A stretch of 64,000 bases of DNA, taken from assembly GCA_041499035.1 (NCBI GenBank), contig JBGQJK010000002.1, forward strand, positions 6,571 through 70,570. The letters are read 5' to 3'. The notes beneath the pieces are model-generated. The model did no database searches and was not told the DNA's origin. It saw only the letters and a program-made list of their open reading frames with translations. The stretch's first letter is position 1; each line of letters starts with the position of its first letter. Below, piece after piece: positions 54,730 through 64,000 of the stretch. The DNA comes from Patescibacteria group bacterium (GTDB taxonomy: Bacteria > Patescibacteriota > Microgenomatia > UBA8517). A program made the position numbers and the translations under genes.

Positions 54730-55698
54730 CTAAATAGACCCGGTTACCGATATTCCCGAATAAAGTACCCAGTAAACAAGGAGTACCCAAAGGGCGACGG
54801 CAATAATTAGAGCCTTGTCGGTTAAAAGCAACTTCTCGGGGGTTTCGGATCTGTTTGCAAAAATTAATGACTCATAGCGCATTATTCCAAAGATTGTAAC
54901 AGGGATAGTGAACATCAATAGTTTATTGATCGTGGTGGTTCGACTCAGTTCAGCCAGAACCAGCCAAAAGGGAATAGTTGCTTTTGGACTTTCAAAAAAA
55001 GTAAAAAGCGCCCAGCTCATCCAAGACGCGTTTGCAAACATGGTCACATATGAGTTAAGAAGCTCCTTCTTATAATCTCCCAAACTCTTTCTCGTTACCG
55101 GATTGTCTTCACCAACCAGATTGAGTTCAGCCCGGCGTTTTCCGGAAGCCAAAAAGAGAGCTACAGAAATCACACAGAGCAGGAACCATACGGAAAGGTG
55201 GGCGTTTACGACAAACGCTCCCGCATAAACTCTCATTACAAATCCGGTGGCGATAATGACGATATCAACGATGGCGATATTTTTAAGGCCCAAACTGTAA
55301 AAGACTTGAAGAATAATATAGCCTACGACGAGTAAAAAGAGGAGCGAGTTTAAACCTGCGCTTATTAAAAGTGCCGCGCCGGCTAAAACTACAGCTTCAA
55401 CTATTGCTACAGGAACAGGGAGGGCGCCGGAAGCGATTGGCCTGAACCTTTTCCCGGGGTGCAATCTGTCGCGTTTCATATCGAGTAAATCATTAATTAC
55501 ATATGTCGCGGATGTGGCAAAACAGAATGCAACAAAAGCCTGAACAACAAGTGCAAGGAGGCCCTTGTCAAACATAATGCCCGAAAGGAATACCGCGGCA
55601 AAAAGCGAGACGTTTTTAACCCAGTGAATGGGCCGCGCAACTTTAATTGCTGCAAGTATCAAATTATCTTTTTGTTTTTGGATCGGTAAGTTAGCCAT
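54730..55698 (-). CDS. UbiA-family prenyltransferase (decaprenyl-phosphate phosphoribosyltransferase-like)
   Basis: 'NDLLDMKRDRLHPGKRFRPIASG' (Asp-rich motif plus the KR-x-RPI element typical of DPPR synthase-type UbiA members); 8 TM helices. Confidence 0.6.
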   Translation of the reverse strand: MANLPIQKQKDNLILAAIKVARPIHWVKNVSLFAAVFLSGIMFDKGLLALVVQAFVAFCFATSATYVINDLLDMKRDRLHPGKRFRPIASGALPVPVAIVEAVVLAGAALLISAGLNSLLFLLVVGYIILQVFYSLGLKNIAIVDIVIIATGFVMRVYAGAFVVNAHLSVWFLLCVISVALFLASGKRRAELNLVGEDNPVTRKSLGDYKKELLNSYVTMFANASWMSWALFTFFESPKATIPFWLVLAELSRTTTINKLLMFTIPVTIFGIMRYESLIFANRSETPEKLLLTDKALIIAVALWVLLVYWVLYSGISVTGSI

Positions 55699-56729
55699 AT
55701 AATTAGCCCTCCGAGAAACGCAGCTACTCCCACCATTGTATAAACCTTTGCTCCGGTATTCAAATTTACTGCTATGACGCCAAGAACCGCCGTTACCGTC
55801 CAGTAGAAAAGTGCCACCTGGCCTTTTGTTAGTCCGGCATCGAGTAGTCTGTGGTGTAAGTGACCCCGGTCGCCCCAAACTGGGGATTTACCATTTAGAA
55901 CCCTGTTGATAATAACATAGCCGGTATCAATAAGCGGGATACCAAGTACTACCAAGAGGACCCCAACTTTAGCCGTCGCCAAAATCGAAAGTACTCCGAG
56001 GAGGTAGCCGGCTAGGGTACTGCCCCCGTAACCCGGCATTATTTTCTGGGGAAAGACATGCCATGGTAAAAATCCGAAATATGCCCCCGCAGTAATTGCT
56101 GCCAGGATTATAACCGGCCACTGGGCTATGTCTGCGGAGTAGCGGAGGGAAAGAAACCCAATAGTAAGCGCCGCGACAACCGTTACCCCGCTAAGTTGTC
56201 CGTCGACTCCTTTTGCACCCATATTAATCATATTCATTAAAAAAGTTATCCAAAATAGAGCAAAGAGGTCGGCAATTAGCCAAATACTATGTATACCAAA
56301 TAGACTGAAAGTAATCTGCGGCTGGCTTAGATTAATGGTTCCGCCTAAAGGGTTGGTAATAAATGCAATTCCGATTCCGGCAGCGATGGGTGCTCCCGCC
56401 GCAATGAAACCAAGGCCCAGTCTGACATAAGGGTTTAGGTTATATTTGTCATCCAGTATTCCCATTACAACCAAGACCCCCGCTCCAACCAAAACGCCAA
56501 TCATATGTTTATCGATTGGCAGAAAAAACAAAGTTGTGATGAGTAAGGCAAGAAATATTGGGATTCCGCCGCCTCTAGGGGTGGGGATAGTATGAATAAC
56601 CTTTGGATGGCTGCTTTTTTTAGGATCATCAATGATGCCCAGTTTACCTGCGAATTTGATTACAACAGGAGTAATAAGAAAGGAGATTAAGGCAGATACC
56701 AGCCACGGAAATAAAAATATATCCTTCAT
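55659..56729 (-). CDS. glycosyltransferase family 4 (WecA/MraY-like polyprenyl-phosphate sugar-1-phosphate transferase)
   Basis: 10-11 TM helices; 'LLDDKYNL', 'MNMINMGAKGVDGQ' (N-x-x-N-x-x-D-G-x-D-G box), 'HHRLL'. Confidence 0.7.
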   Translation of the reverse strand: MKDIFLFPWLVSALISFLITPVVIKFAGKLGIIDDPKKSSHPKVIHTIPTPRGGGIPIFLALLITTLFFLPIDKHMIGVLVGAGVLVVMGILDDKYNLNPYVRLGLGFIAAGAPIAAGIGIAFITNPLGGTINLSQPQITFSLFGIHSIWLIADLFALFWITFLMNMINMGAKGVDGQLSGVTVVAALTIGFLSLRYSADIAQWPVIILAAITAGAYFGFLPWHVFPQKIMPGYGGSTLAGYLLGVLSILATAKVGVLLVVLGIPLIDTGYVIINRVLNGKSPVWGDRGHLHHRLLDAGLTKGQVALFYWTVTAVLGVIAVNLNTGAKVYTMVGVAAFLGGLIIWLTYRSKNKKII

Positions 56730-56730
56730 T

Positions 56731-57063
56731 TTAAAAAAATCCGACCAGTAAGATTATTTTAGTCACTGCAATTGCTAACAGCAAAGAAACAAAGGCGCTT
56801 GAAATCATCAAAGTTTTTTTCAAGAATAAATCTTTGGTAAGCATGCTCACCAGGATGTTTATGGCGGTTATAATAAAACCCACTCCCGGGGCCAAAACAA
56901 GCCAGATTGCAGGTTTCAGCTGCTCCGCCCCCGACGGAAGCCCGTAGAAAAGAGGTGTTATTGGCGGAAGAATCTTTTTTAAAGCCAGAATGGCGATAAT
57001 GGAGATGGCATTTAGAACTATTGAGAAATAGACACAACCTTTAAACGGTAAATTTTTCCACAT
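56731..57063 (-). CDS. small 3-4 TM membrane protein
   Basis: Hydrophobic ORF immediately upstream of the GT4 gene (1-nt gap). Confidence 0.35.
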   Translation of the reverse strand: MWKNLPFKGCVYFSIVLNAISIIAILALKKILPPITPLFYGLPSGAEQLKPAIWLVLAPGVGFIITAINILVSMLTKDLFLKKTLMISSAFVSLLLAIAVTKIILLVGFF

Positions 57064-57160
57064 CTAGCCTGATTTTACCATAAACTCAAGGATACCTCGC
57101 TATGTCCCAAGAGGATGAATTGAATTTATGGCCAAGGCTTCACCTTGTTGAAGCCTTACA

Positions 57161-58672
57161 CTACTTACCCTTGGGAGCAAAATCAATTCTGGAGTAAATG
57201 TTTGCATTTTCAATCTGGTCGATCAACAAGTATTCGGATTTGATGAGCGGTGTTAGCTCGGGGAAAGGTCGGCCCGAAGTCAGGATAATAAACTTAGGCG
57301 GGTTGAGCGTAATCTGATTTGCCGCTTCGCTGAGACTTGAATAGTCGGTAACGTGGTAGTCGGCCACATATTTTATAGGCGGAAGCCGGCGGGACAGGGC
57401 ATAGACAGCCGGGCTATCGGAATCCCACATAAAAACTTTTTCACCCGGTTTACTTGAAGCGACTATGAAATCTGCGATTTTATAATTTCTGTTAACGGTT
57501 GGGCCAAAACCCCGAAAATACTCTGTCCGATCTATCTTTCCGGCTGCAAAGTTTATAAAACGCACGTAGTAGCTTGCGGTTTGGTAATAATAGAATTTGT
57601 AATAAACGGGTACAAAAAAACTTAGAGCTAAGGGGAGTACCACAAAGGACTGCTCAACGCTTTTTTCGGCAAAAAACATGCCCAAAAGGAATGAAATTGG
57701 AGCAAGCACCTGGACAAAATAGTGCGGATAGGGCCGCTCGGATAATGTTACGGCAAATAACCCCAAAAGTGTCCAAACACAAAAAAGAATAAAGTTCTTT
57801 GACAACTTTTTCCGTGATAAATAAAGAATAAGTGTCCCGACAAAAACAATTGCAGCCCGGATTAGGAGAGGGCCGTTTCTGATATAAAAAGGTTTTTGGA
57901 CATCTCCAGGTCTGAAACTACTTAAATAGCCGACGTTTTGTAAGAATGCAGCTTTAATATATTCAGGGAGAGCTCCTTTCATGTAGTACCATAGAAATGT
58001 AAAAAGGATTGGAGTTGTAAATCCTAGCCCCAAAATAAATGTGTTTTTTATTACTTTAGGCCAGCTTTTGAAATCATTTGTGATGAACCAAAAGAGAACA
58101 ATGACGGGCATATCGAAAGCGGCAGGAATTTTAAAAAGAGTTCCGATTCCAAAAAGAAATCCGGCAAAAAAAATCATTTTTGAGGTCAATTTTTCCGAGA
58201 GAAGTACATAAAGAGCAATTAGTGTAAAGCCGATCATAAAAAGCTCGGCGTTAACAATATTACCTTCGAAAAGCGGAATCGTAGTTAGAATCGCAAAAAT
58301 AAAAGTTGACACTTTTACAACCTTTCCGCCCCCTTCCGAAGTCTTTGACGAATGAGGGTCAAATAACTTTACCGAAAGCTTATAGAAGAAGGCGACTGCC
58401 AGTAAACTCCAGAAACAGAGGATAACTTTGAATAAGAAAAGGTTGCCAGCCGCCGCTGCTGTTAAATAAAGAAGCGGGGGTTTATTATCATGGATATCCT
58501 TGTACAAACTTAGGCCTTGTCTTACCCCTTGCCCCAGGGTGATGTAAATCATTTCGTCACCGTAATAGTATGGTTCAAAGAATGATGGGATCCTGAGGAT
58601 CAAAACCAGAGCCAAGATGCCCACAACCCAAGTAGGAAGGTGAATTTTCTTGATCCAGTCTGTCTTTGGCAT
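57161..58672 (-). CDS. glycosyltransferase family 39 (ArnT/PMT-like) polytopic membrane protein
   Basis: ~12 TM helices; N-terminal 'YYYGDEMIYITLGQ...YKDIHDNKPPLLY' is GT39/PMT_2-like. Confidence 0.6.
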   Translation of the reverse strand: MPKTDWIKKIHLPTWVVGILALVLILRIPSFFEPYYYGDEMIYITLGQGVRQGLSLYKDIHDNKPPLLYLTAAAAGNLFLFKVILCFWSLLAVAFFYKLSVKLFDPHSSKTSEGGGKVVKVSTFIFAILTTIPLFEGNIVNAELFMIGFTLIALYVLLSEKLTSKMIFFAGFLFGIGTLFKIPAAFDMPVIVLFWFITNDFKSWPKVIKNTFILGLGFTTPILFTFLWYYMKGALPEYIKAAFLQNVGYLSSFRPGDVQKPFYIRNGPLLIRAAIVFVGTLILYLSRKKLSKNFILFCVWTLLGLFAVTLSERPYPHYFVQVLAPISFLLGMFFAEKSVEQSFVVLPLALSFFVPVYYKFYYYQTASYYVRFINFAAGKIDRTEYFRGFGPTVNRNYKIADFIVASSKPGEKVFMWDSDSPAVYALSRRLPPIKYVADYHVTDYSSLSEAANQITLNPPKFIILTSGRPFPELTPLIKSEYLLIDQIENANIYSRIDFAPKGK

Positions 58673-58759
58673 TTACACCTACACCACTCACATACAGATG
58701 TGTGTTGGTTGTAGTTATTTCATTATAGAGATACTCAAGAGAGAAGATCAACTATACGT

Positions 58760-60619
58760 TTGGCGAGGCGGGATGGCATGTGCAATAATCAAAGTATGAT
58801 AACTAAAAAACGAGACGTGATTAGACCGATTAAACAAACACTTTTCAATTTGAAAAGAATGCTAACACTGGCCTGGACTATGGATCGGACAATAATGCTT
58901 GGTTATTATCTAACCACTATTATTGCCGCTGTTGCAGCAATTGTTGTTAGCATTATCTTGAAATTTTTGGTTGACGATCTAATTGTCTCCCAAAACCTAG
59001 GCATAGCTAAATCAATTCCAACAATAGTAATAATTGTTCTTGGCGCAAGATACCTGATGGGGTTGATAAGTGAAATAACCGTTTTTGGTTTGAACCAGGT
59101 TTATTTTGATTATTTGTTTCGATACAAACTTCAAAATTACATAAATTATTCTTTTTACCAAAAACTTACAAATCTCGATATAGCACAATTGGAAGATCCA
59201 GACACGCAAAATTTAATTGCTAAGGCAAAAGATACAATGACCTGGAGACCTCCTGATTTTTTGCGTTCGTTTTCTTATTTTTTAAGTAGCGTTGTAACCT
59301 TGATTGCCGCTTTTATTGTGCTTTTGCCCTTTGGTTGGTGGATTCCAGTGTCAATTACTTTGCTAAATATTCCATTTCTGTACCTCAGGGCGAAGTTCGG
59401 AAGCATCCAGTGGTCACTATATGGGTCGGGTGCACCCGAAGTCAAAAAACTCTGGTATTTTACATGGCTTCTTTCAACAGAAACTGCAATTAAAGAAATG
59501 CGGATCTTTAAATCAACCGCTGTACTTCTTGAAAAATTTAAAGAAGTACAAAAATATCTTTTTGATTTAAATTCCGGACCGATAAAATCGTATCTCAAAA
59601 TTTTATTAGTACCTTCTTTTTTTGAAGCCGTGGTAATGTTTTCTCTTGCTTATTTCAAGTTGGGGGACGTGACGCGCGGCATTTTAAGCGTCGGTAGTTT
59701 TACATTACTTGTTAATATGATCGACACCCTTAATGGAAATGTCGGTGGCGCGGTTATAAACTTTGGCGAGATTTACACCCACTCATTATATGTTGACCAC
59801 TATTTCCAAGTTATGGAACTTCCAAAACTAGTTAAGGAAATTGAGAACCCGATCACTTTTAAGAAATTAGCTCCTCCAAGAATTGAATTTAAGAATGTTT
59901 CCTTTGCATATCCTAATGGTTCCCTGGTCTTAAAAAATATATCCTTTGTTATTAATCCTGGAGAAAATATTGCCTTTGTCGGTGATAATGGGGCAGGTAA
60001 ATCTACAATCATTAAGTTAATTTGTCGATTTTACGACGTGACCGACGGTGAAGTTTTAGTCAACAGAGTCAATATAAAAAAGATCAAACTTTCCCAGTGG
60101 TATGGTTTTTTGGGAACACTTTTTCAAGACTTTGTTCAGTATCATTTTACAGTTAAAGACAATATTTCTCTTGGAAGCTCTAGAAAACAAAATATTATAA
60201 AGATTCGCGAGGCTGCAAAAAAGGCCGGCGCACTAGAATTTATCGAGAAACTTCCTCAGGGATTTGATACTATGCTCGGTAGGGAATTTGAGGAGGGTAA
60301 AGAGCTATCCATTGGGCAATGGCAGAAATTAGCAATCGCAAGAGCCTTTTATGAAGAAGCGCCTTTACTTATCCTTGACGAACCAACAAGTGCAATTGAT
60401 GCCGAATCGGAATATGAAATTTTTAATAATTTATCAAAAACTTATAAAAACAAATCACTTATTCTTGTTTCACACCGTTTTTCTACCGTCCGCAATGCGG
60501 ATATGGTTTTTGTTGTACAAGATGGACAAATCACAGAGAATGGAACGCATGAGGACTTACTTAAGTTAAATGGAAAATACGCAAGAATGTTTACCGTCCA
60601 AGCAAAAGGTTATAGCTAA
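58760..60619 (+). CDS. ABC transporter permease/ATPase fusion (MsbA-type exporter)
   Basis: 6 TM helices then an NBD with Walker A 'GDNGAGKST', signature 'LSIGQWQKLAIARA', Walker B 'ILDEPTSAID'. Confidence 0.8.
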   Translation: MARRDGMCNNQSMITKKRDVIRPIKQTLFNLKRMLTLAWTMDRTIMLGYYLTTIIAAVAAIVVSIILKFLVDDLIVSQNLGIAKSIPTIVIIVLGARYLMGLISEITVFGLNQVYFDYLFRYKLQNYINYSFYQKLTNLDIAQLEDPDTQNLIAKAKDTMTWRPPDFLRSFSYFLSSVVTLIAAFIVLLPFGWWIPVSITLLNIPFLYLRAKFGSIQWSLYGSGAPEVKKLWYFTWLLSTETAIKEMRIFKSTAVLLEKFKEVQKYLFDLNSGPIKSYLKILLVPSFFEAVVMFSLAYFKLGDVTRGILSVGSFTLLVNMIDTLNGNVGGAVINFGEIYTHSLYVDHYFQVMELPKLVKEIENPITFKKLAPPRIEFKNVSFAYPNGSLVLKNISFVINPGENIAFVGDNGAGKSTIIKLICRFYDVTDGEVLVNRVNIKKIKLSQWYGFLGTLFQDFVQYHFTVKDNISLGSSRKQNIIKIREAAKKAGALEFIEKLPQGFDTMLGREFEEGKELSIGQWQKLAIARAFYEEAPLLILDEPTSAIDAESEYEIFNNLSKTYKNKSLILVSHRFSTVRNADMVFVVQDGQITENGTHEDLLKLNGKYARMFTVQAKGYS

Positions 60620-60628
60620 GGTATAATA

Positions 60629-61576
60629 ATGTATATGGAAAAGGTTTTAGTGACCGGGGGAGCTGGTTTTATCGGAAGCCATCTTTGCGATTATTTATTG
60701 AATAAAGGCTATAAAGTTACATGTCTTGACAATTTAGTGACAGGGACCAAAAAAAATATTGAGCCATTCTTAGGAAATCCGAACTTTGAATTTATCGAAG
60801 GCGACGTCCGTGAACTTCCCGACCATATATCTAATCAGCAAATTACACATATTTTTGATCTTGCCTCACCCGCTTCACCGGTAGACTTTGAAAAGCTCTC
60901 CGAAGAAATACTGACAGTAAACTCTCTGGGAACTTTAAAGCTTTTGGAATTGGCAAAAAAGACAAAAGCGAAGTTTTTGATGGCGTCGACATCTGAAGTT
61001 TATGGTGACCCGCTTGAACATCCGCAAAAGGAGGCTTATTTCGGCAATGTTAATTCATTTGGAAGAAGGTCATGTTATGACGAGAGTAAGCGATTTGCCG
61101 AGGCCGCGTGCTATGTTTACCTAAACAAATATGACGTCGACCTCAGGGTAGTTAGGATTTTTAATACGTACGGACCAAAGATGAGGATTGACGACGGCAG
61201 GGCATTGATAACTTTTGTAATGGAAGCGATAAAAAATGAGCCGTTTACGGTTCATGGCGACGGTAGCCAAACCCGCTCACCTTGCTACGTCACCGACATG
61301 GTAGAAGGGCTTTTCAAAGCGATGTTTACGGAAGGGACAAAAGGAGAGATCTTTAATATAGGTAACTCGGAAGAAGTTTCTATGTTGGAACTGGTTAAAA
61401 GAATTTCTAAAATTACCGGCGCTGAAGAAAAAATTGAGTATAAACCGCTTTCCCAAAATGACCCGGTAAGGAGATGTCCGGATATTTCAAAAGCCGAAAG
61501 AGTTCTCAATTGGAGACCTGCTGTTAATTTGGATGAGGGTCTTCAAAAAACAATTGAATATTACAAAAGTTTATGA
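60629..61576 (+). CDS. NAD-dependent sugar-nucleotide dehydratase/epimerase (UDP-glucuronate decarboxylase/UXS-like)
   Basis: 'VLVTGGAGFIGSHLCDYL', 'SEVYGDP', 'YDESKR' catalytic YxxxK, ~315 aa. Confidence 0.7.
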   Translation: MYMEKVLVTGGAGFIGSHLCDYLLNKGYKVTCLDNLVTGTKKNIEPFLGNPNFEFIEGDVRELPDHISNQQITHIFDLASPASPVDFEKLSEEILTVNSLGTLKLLELAKKTKAKFLMASTSEVYGDPLEHPQKEAYFGNVNSFGRRSCYDESKRFAEAACYVYLNKYDVDLRVVRIFNTYGPKMRIDDGRALITFVMEAIKNEPFTVHGDGSQTRSPCYVTDMVEGLFKAMFTEGTKGEIFNIGNSEEVSMLELVKRISKITGAEEKIEYKPLSQNDPVRRCPDISKAERVLNWRPAVNLDEGLQKTIEYYKSL

Positions 61577-62496
61577 CGAAGGTTCTTGTAACCGCCAAGC
61601 TTAATCCCGACTTGGATGGTACTTCCTGCTCTTTAGCTTACGCAGATTTACTCCGGCAACTTGGAGACGATGCAGAAGGTTGGGTTACCGGCCAGCCTCA
61701 GCCCGAAACCAAATATTTTATTGCGAAATATAATATCAAAATTCCGGTAAGACCCGATAAGTCTTCGGGAAATTGGGACAAATTTATTCTGGTTGATGCA
61801 TCTTCCATGAAGGGCATGCCAAAAGTTGTTATTGCCGAGAGGGTAATTGAATCTATCGATCATAGAACCGGCGAACCGGAAAAAGAATTTCCTAACGCCA
61901 AAATCCAAAATGAATTAATTGGTGCAGCAGCTACCATTGTTGTGGAAAGATTTATTAAAGCAGGAAAGAAGATCCAGACCGACCATGCGAGACTATTGTA
62001 TGGGGCAATTTATCATAATACCCTTAATTTTATTGCTACAAACGCGACCCAGAGAGATAAAGAGGCTGCAGGGTATCTGGAATCAAATTTTGGCCTCGGA
62101 GAAAATATTATTCTGGAGATGTTTGATTATGCAACTCGTGAGGTTGAAGGAAATGTTCGGGTAGCCTTAGAAAATGATGCTAAAGAATTTGGTACCGGTT
62201 GGAAAATAGGGGCCTATCAACTTATCATGTGGGGAAAGGGAATCTTTACTCAAACAGAACTAATTGAAGAGGGCGTAAGGGATTTGAAAATTAAAATGGA
62301 AGCTAATTGGTCCTTTGTAAATATAGTTGACCTTCAGACAAAGAAAAGTCACATTTTTGTTACGGGATCGGAAGGGGAGCAAGTCTTATCAAAAGCACTT
62401 AATGTAAAGTTTGAAAACAATTGGTCTATTTTGCCTGCTTTATTAAGAAAGCAAATAATGCCTAAGATCTACCAAGAATTAGAGCGAGCTCGGTAA
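61573..62496 (+). CDS. DHH-family phosphoesterase-like protein
   Basis: N-terminal 'LNPDLDGTSCSLAYADLL' resembles DHH motif I/II; 'IDHRT' is a degenerate DHH triad. Confidence 0.4.
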   Translation: MTKVLVTAKLNPDLDGTSCSLAYADLLRQLGDDAEGWVTGQPQPETKYFIAKYNIKIPVRPDKSSGNWDKFILVDASSMKGMPKVVIAERVIESIDHRTGEPEKEFPNAKIQNELIGAAATIVVERFIKAGKKIQTDHARLLYGAIYHNTLNFIATNATQRDKEAAGYLESNFGLGENIILEMFDYATREVEGNVRVALENDAKEFGTGWKIGAYQLIMWGKGIFTQTELIEEGVRDLKIKMEANWSFVNIVDLQTKKSHIFVTGSEGEQVLSKALNVKFENNWSILPALLRKQIMPKIYQELERAR

Positions 62497-62501
62497 TAAT
62501 T

Positions 62502-63992
62502 TTAAACTTTCTCTGTGACTCTATACTCTATGTATTTCCCTAGCATGAGTCTTGTGTGGGCGTCTATACCGGGGAGGGCGGAGAAAAAGAAACCGGCGAT
62601 TGGCATCAAAACAAACTCAAGCGGAGCCAGAATTTGTTTCCAAACCGAAACTTCTTTAGGGCGGGGTGGTTTTTGGATATTATCAATAACAAGCATGACG
62701 ACCAGGAATACCAGCGAAATAGTAAGAATAAAAGATGACAGCTTAGGAACCGTGTAACCCAAGGCGGTTCTGCCGAATGCGGGGCTAATAAGAGTTGGGA
62801 TAGTTAACCCAATTGTGATAAGGAACCAGTTTACTGGCCAGAGGAAATGCGCCCATATAACTTGAATCAGTCTCATTGTTTTGTCCCAAAAAGGAACATT
62901 CCGGGCCAATAAATAACTTTTTATAATCCATGGGTCATCACTTACTCCCCAAGCCCATCTCTGGATTTGTTGGTATTGGTTTTTTAGAGTTTTCCAGAGT
63001 GACGTGGATTGTGCCGCGTCGGCCAAAAGAGGCAAATAAATAGGCTCTACTTCAAGCCCCCCGCCTACTTTATAAAACGCCTTAAAAAATATACCCCAAT
63101 CCTCCGGAATTTTGTCCGCGTCCCAATAACCCACCTCGTCCAATAGTTTGAAAGAGAGGGAATAGTTTTGGGCATTAATAAGCCGGTCGCGGCGGGGGAG
63201 TTGGGAAAGATTCCAAATTGACATTAATGTATTTGGGACGCGGGTAATTGCCGGAATTTCCCAGATATTGTTATAAAACATAACGGCCGGCTGCCAGAAC
63301 CTTCTGTAACGGTGAGGATTATCTAAGAACTTGAAAGCAAGGTTTGCAAAATGCTTAGGATGGAATTTATGGTCGGCATCGCAGGAAGTTACAGTTACAT
63401 AGTTAATATCAATTTTGTTGAGGTCAATATAATTTTTCTTGATCCAAATGGCTGCAAATCTTTCGTTGCTGGCTTTACCTGTAACCTCTCCCATTTCCAG
63501 TTCATGAACTGTCATATAAAAGTGGCCGAATATGCGACCATATTTTTCGTTCAACACTTTCCATTTTTCCTCCCTCTGTTGCCGGGTTTCTTTACCCTCC
63601 ATAGCAAGAACCGGAATAATTTGCTTAGTTGGGAAGTCCTGTGCAGCCAAAGAATCAAGGGTACGCTCGAGAATATAAATTGGCTCCTGGTAAGTTGGAA
63701 TAATTACAACATGGCGCAGCTTTTCCCAGTCCGGAAACCCTTTAACATCCGGCATCCAGTCATATACTTTAGCTGCTTGGATTTTTAAGTGAGAAATGAT
63801 TGATGAAACAGCAAGCTGGAGTGATTGATAAAACCAGTAAATGTTGAAGAATAAAATGAAATAAGCAACAAAGACCGGAAAAACAAAAATACCCCAGTAG
63901 GGGAGGAGGATCAGGTTCCAGGAGGTAAATCCCGGTAAAATTTCCAGAGCGCGAAGAATTCCCTTGTCGTGTTTGATAATAAAGTCTCTCAT
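62502..63992 (-). CDS. family 2 glycosyltransferase, membrane-integrated processive type (cellulose-synthase-like)
   Basis: 'TSCDADHKF' (D-x-D), 'QIQRWAWG' (Q-x-x-RW), N- and C-terminal TM helices. Confidence 0.65.
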   Translation of the reverse strand: MRDFIIKHDKGILRALEILPGFTSWNLILLPYWGIFVFPVFVAYFILFFNIYWFYQSLQLAVSSIISHLKIQAAKVYDWMPDVKGFPDWEKLRHVVIIPTYQEPIYILERTLDSLAAQDFPTKQIIPVLAMEGKETRQQREEKWKVLNEKYGRIFGHFYMTVHELEMGEVTGKASNERFAAIWIKKNYIDLNKIDINYVTVTSCDADHKFHPKHFANLAFKFLDNPHRYRRFWQPAVMFYNNIWEIPAITRVPNTLMSIWNLSQLPRRDRLINAQNYSLSFKLLDEVGYWDADKIPEDWGIFFKAFYKVGGGLEVEPIYLPLLADAAQSTSLWKTLKNQYQQIQRWAWGVSDDPWIIKSYLLARNVPFWDKTMRLIQVIWAHFLWPVNWFLITIGLTIPTLISPAFGRTALGYTVPKLSSFILTISLVFLVVMLVIDNIQKPPRPKEVSVWKQILAPLEFVLMPIAGFFFSALPGIDAHTRLMLGKYIEYRVTEKV

Positions 63993-64000
63993 GTTGTTTT

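Overview
The window reads as a gene-dense bacterial chromosome segment, with CPR/Patescibacteria-like content (many Nudix paralogs, small reduced genes). This assignment is an inference.

It contains the replication-origin neighbourhood: rpmH-rnpA-yidD-yidC-jag on the + strand, dnaA-dnaN on the - strand, and DnaA-box clusters between them.

A tRNA island (4 Ser and 2 Arg tRNAs plus a tRNA-like remnant) is interleaved with four Nudix hydrolase paralogs and an EEP nuclease/phosphatase.

Housekeeping genes include smpB followed by a tmRNA gene, valS, tsaD with a TsaC-TsaE fusion, a CIRCE-controlled groES-groEL, tRNA-Cys and rplY. At the 3' end sits a cell-envelope glycosylation cluster (UbiA-family prenyl/phosphoribosyl transferase, WecA/MraY-like GT4, GT39, ABC exporter, UXS-like dehydratase, GT2).

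The most unusual region is ~11.0-27.0 kb. It holds a type-IV-secretion-like apparatus locus: a VirB4-type 'DEAW' ATPase, a VirB6/TrbL-like polytopic protein and a CHAP/NlpC-P60 hydrolase with Gly-rich TM segments. Upstream of these is a tandem array of eight paralogous ~90-120 aa two-TM proteins that share a conserved 'GG-x-x-(W/Y)I-x-SGGD-x-x-A-x-E-x-A-x-x-x-I-x-x-A-x-IG' motif, interpreted here as pilin/VirB2-like subunits. The first is fused to a Cys-rich ectodomain. The locus also encodes a giant Cys-rich secreted protein and an oppositely oriented 761-aa unknown protein. No VirD4 or relaxase is visible. The locus abuts dnaN/oriC.
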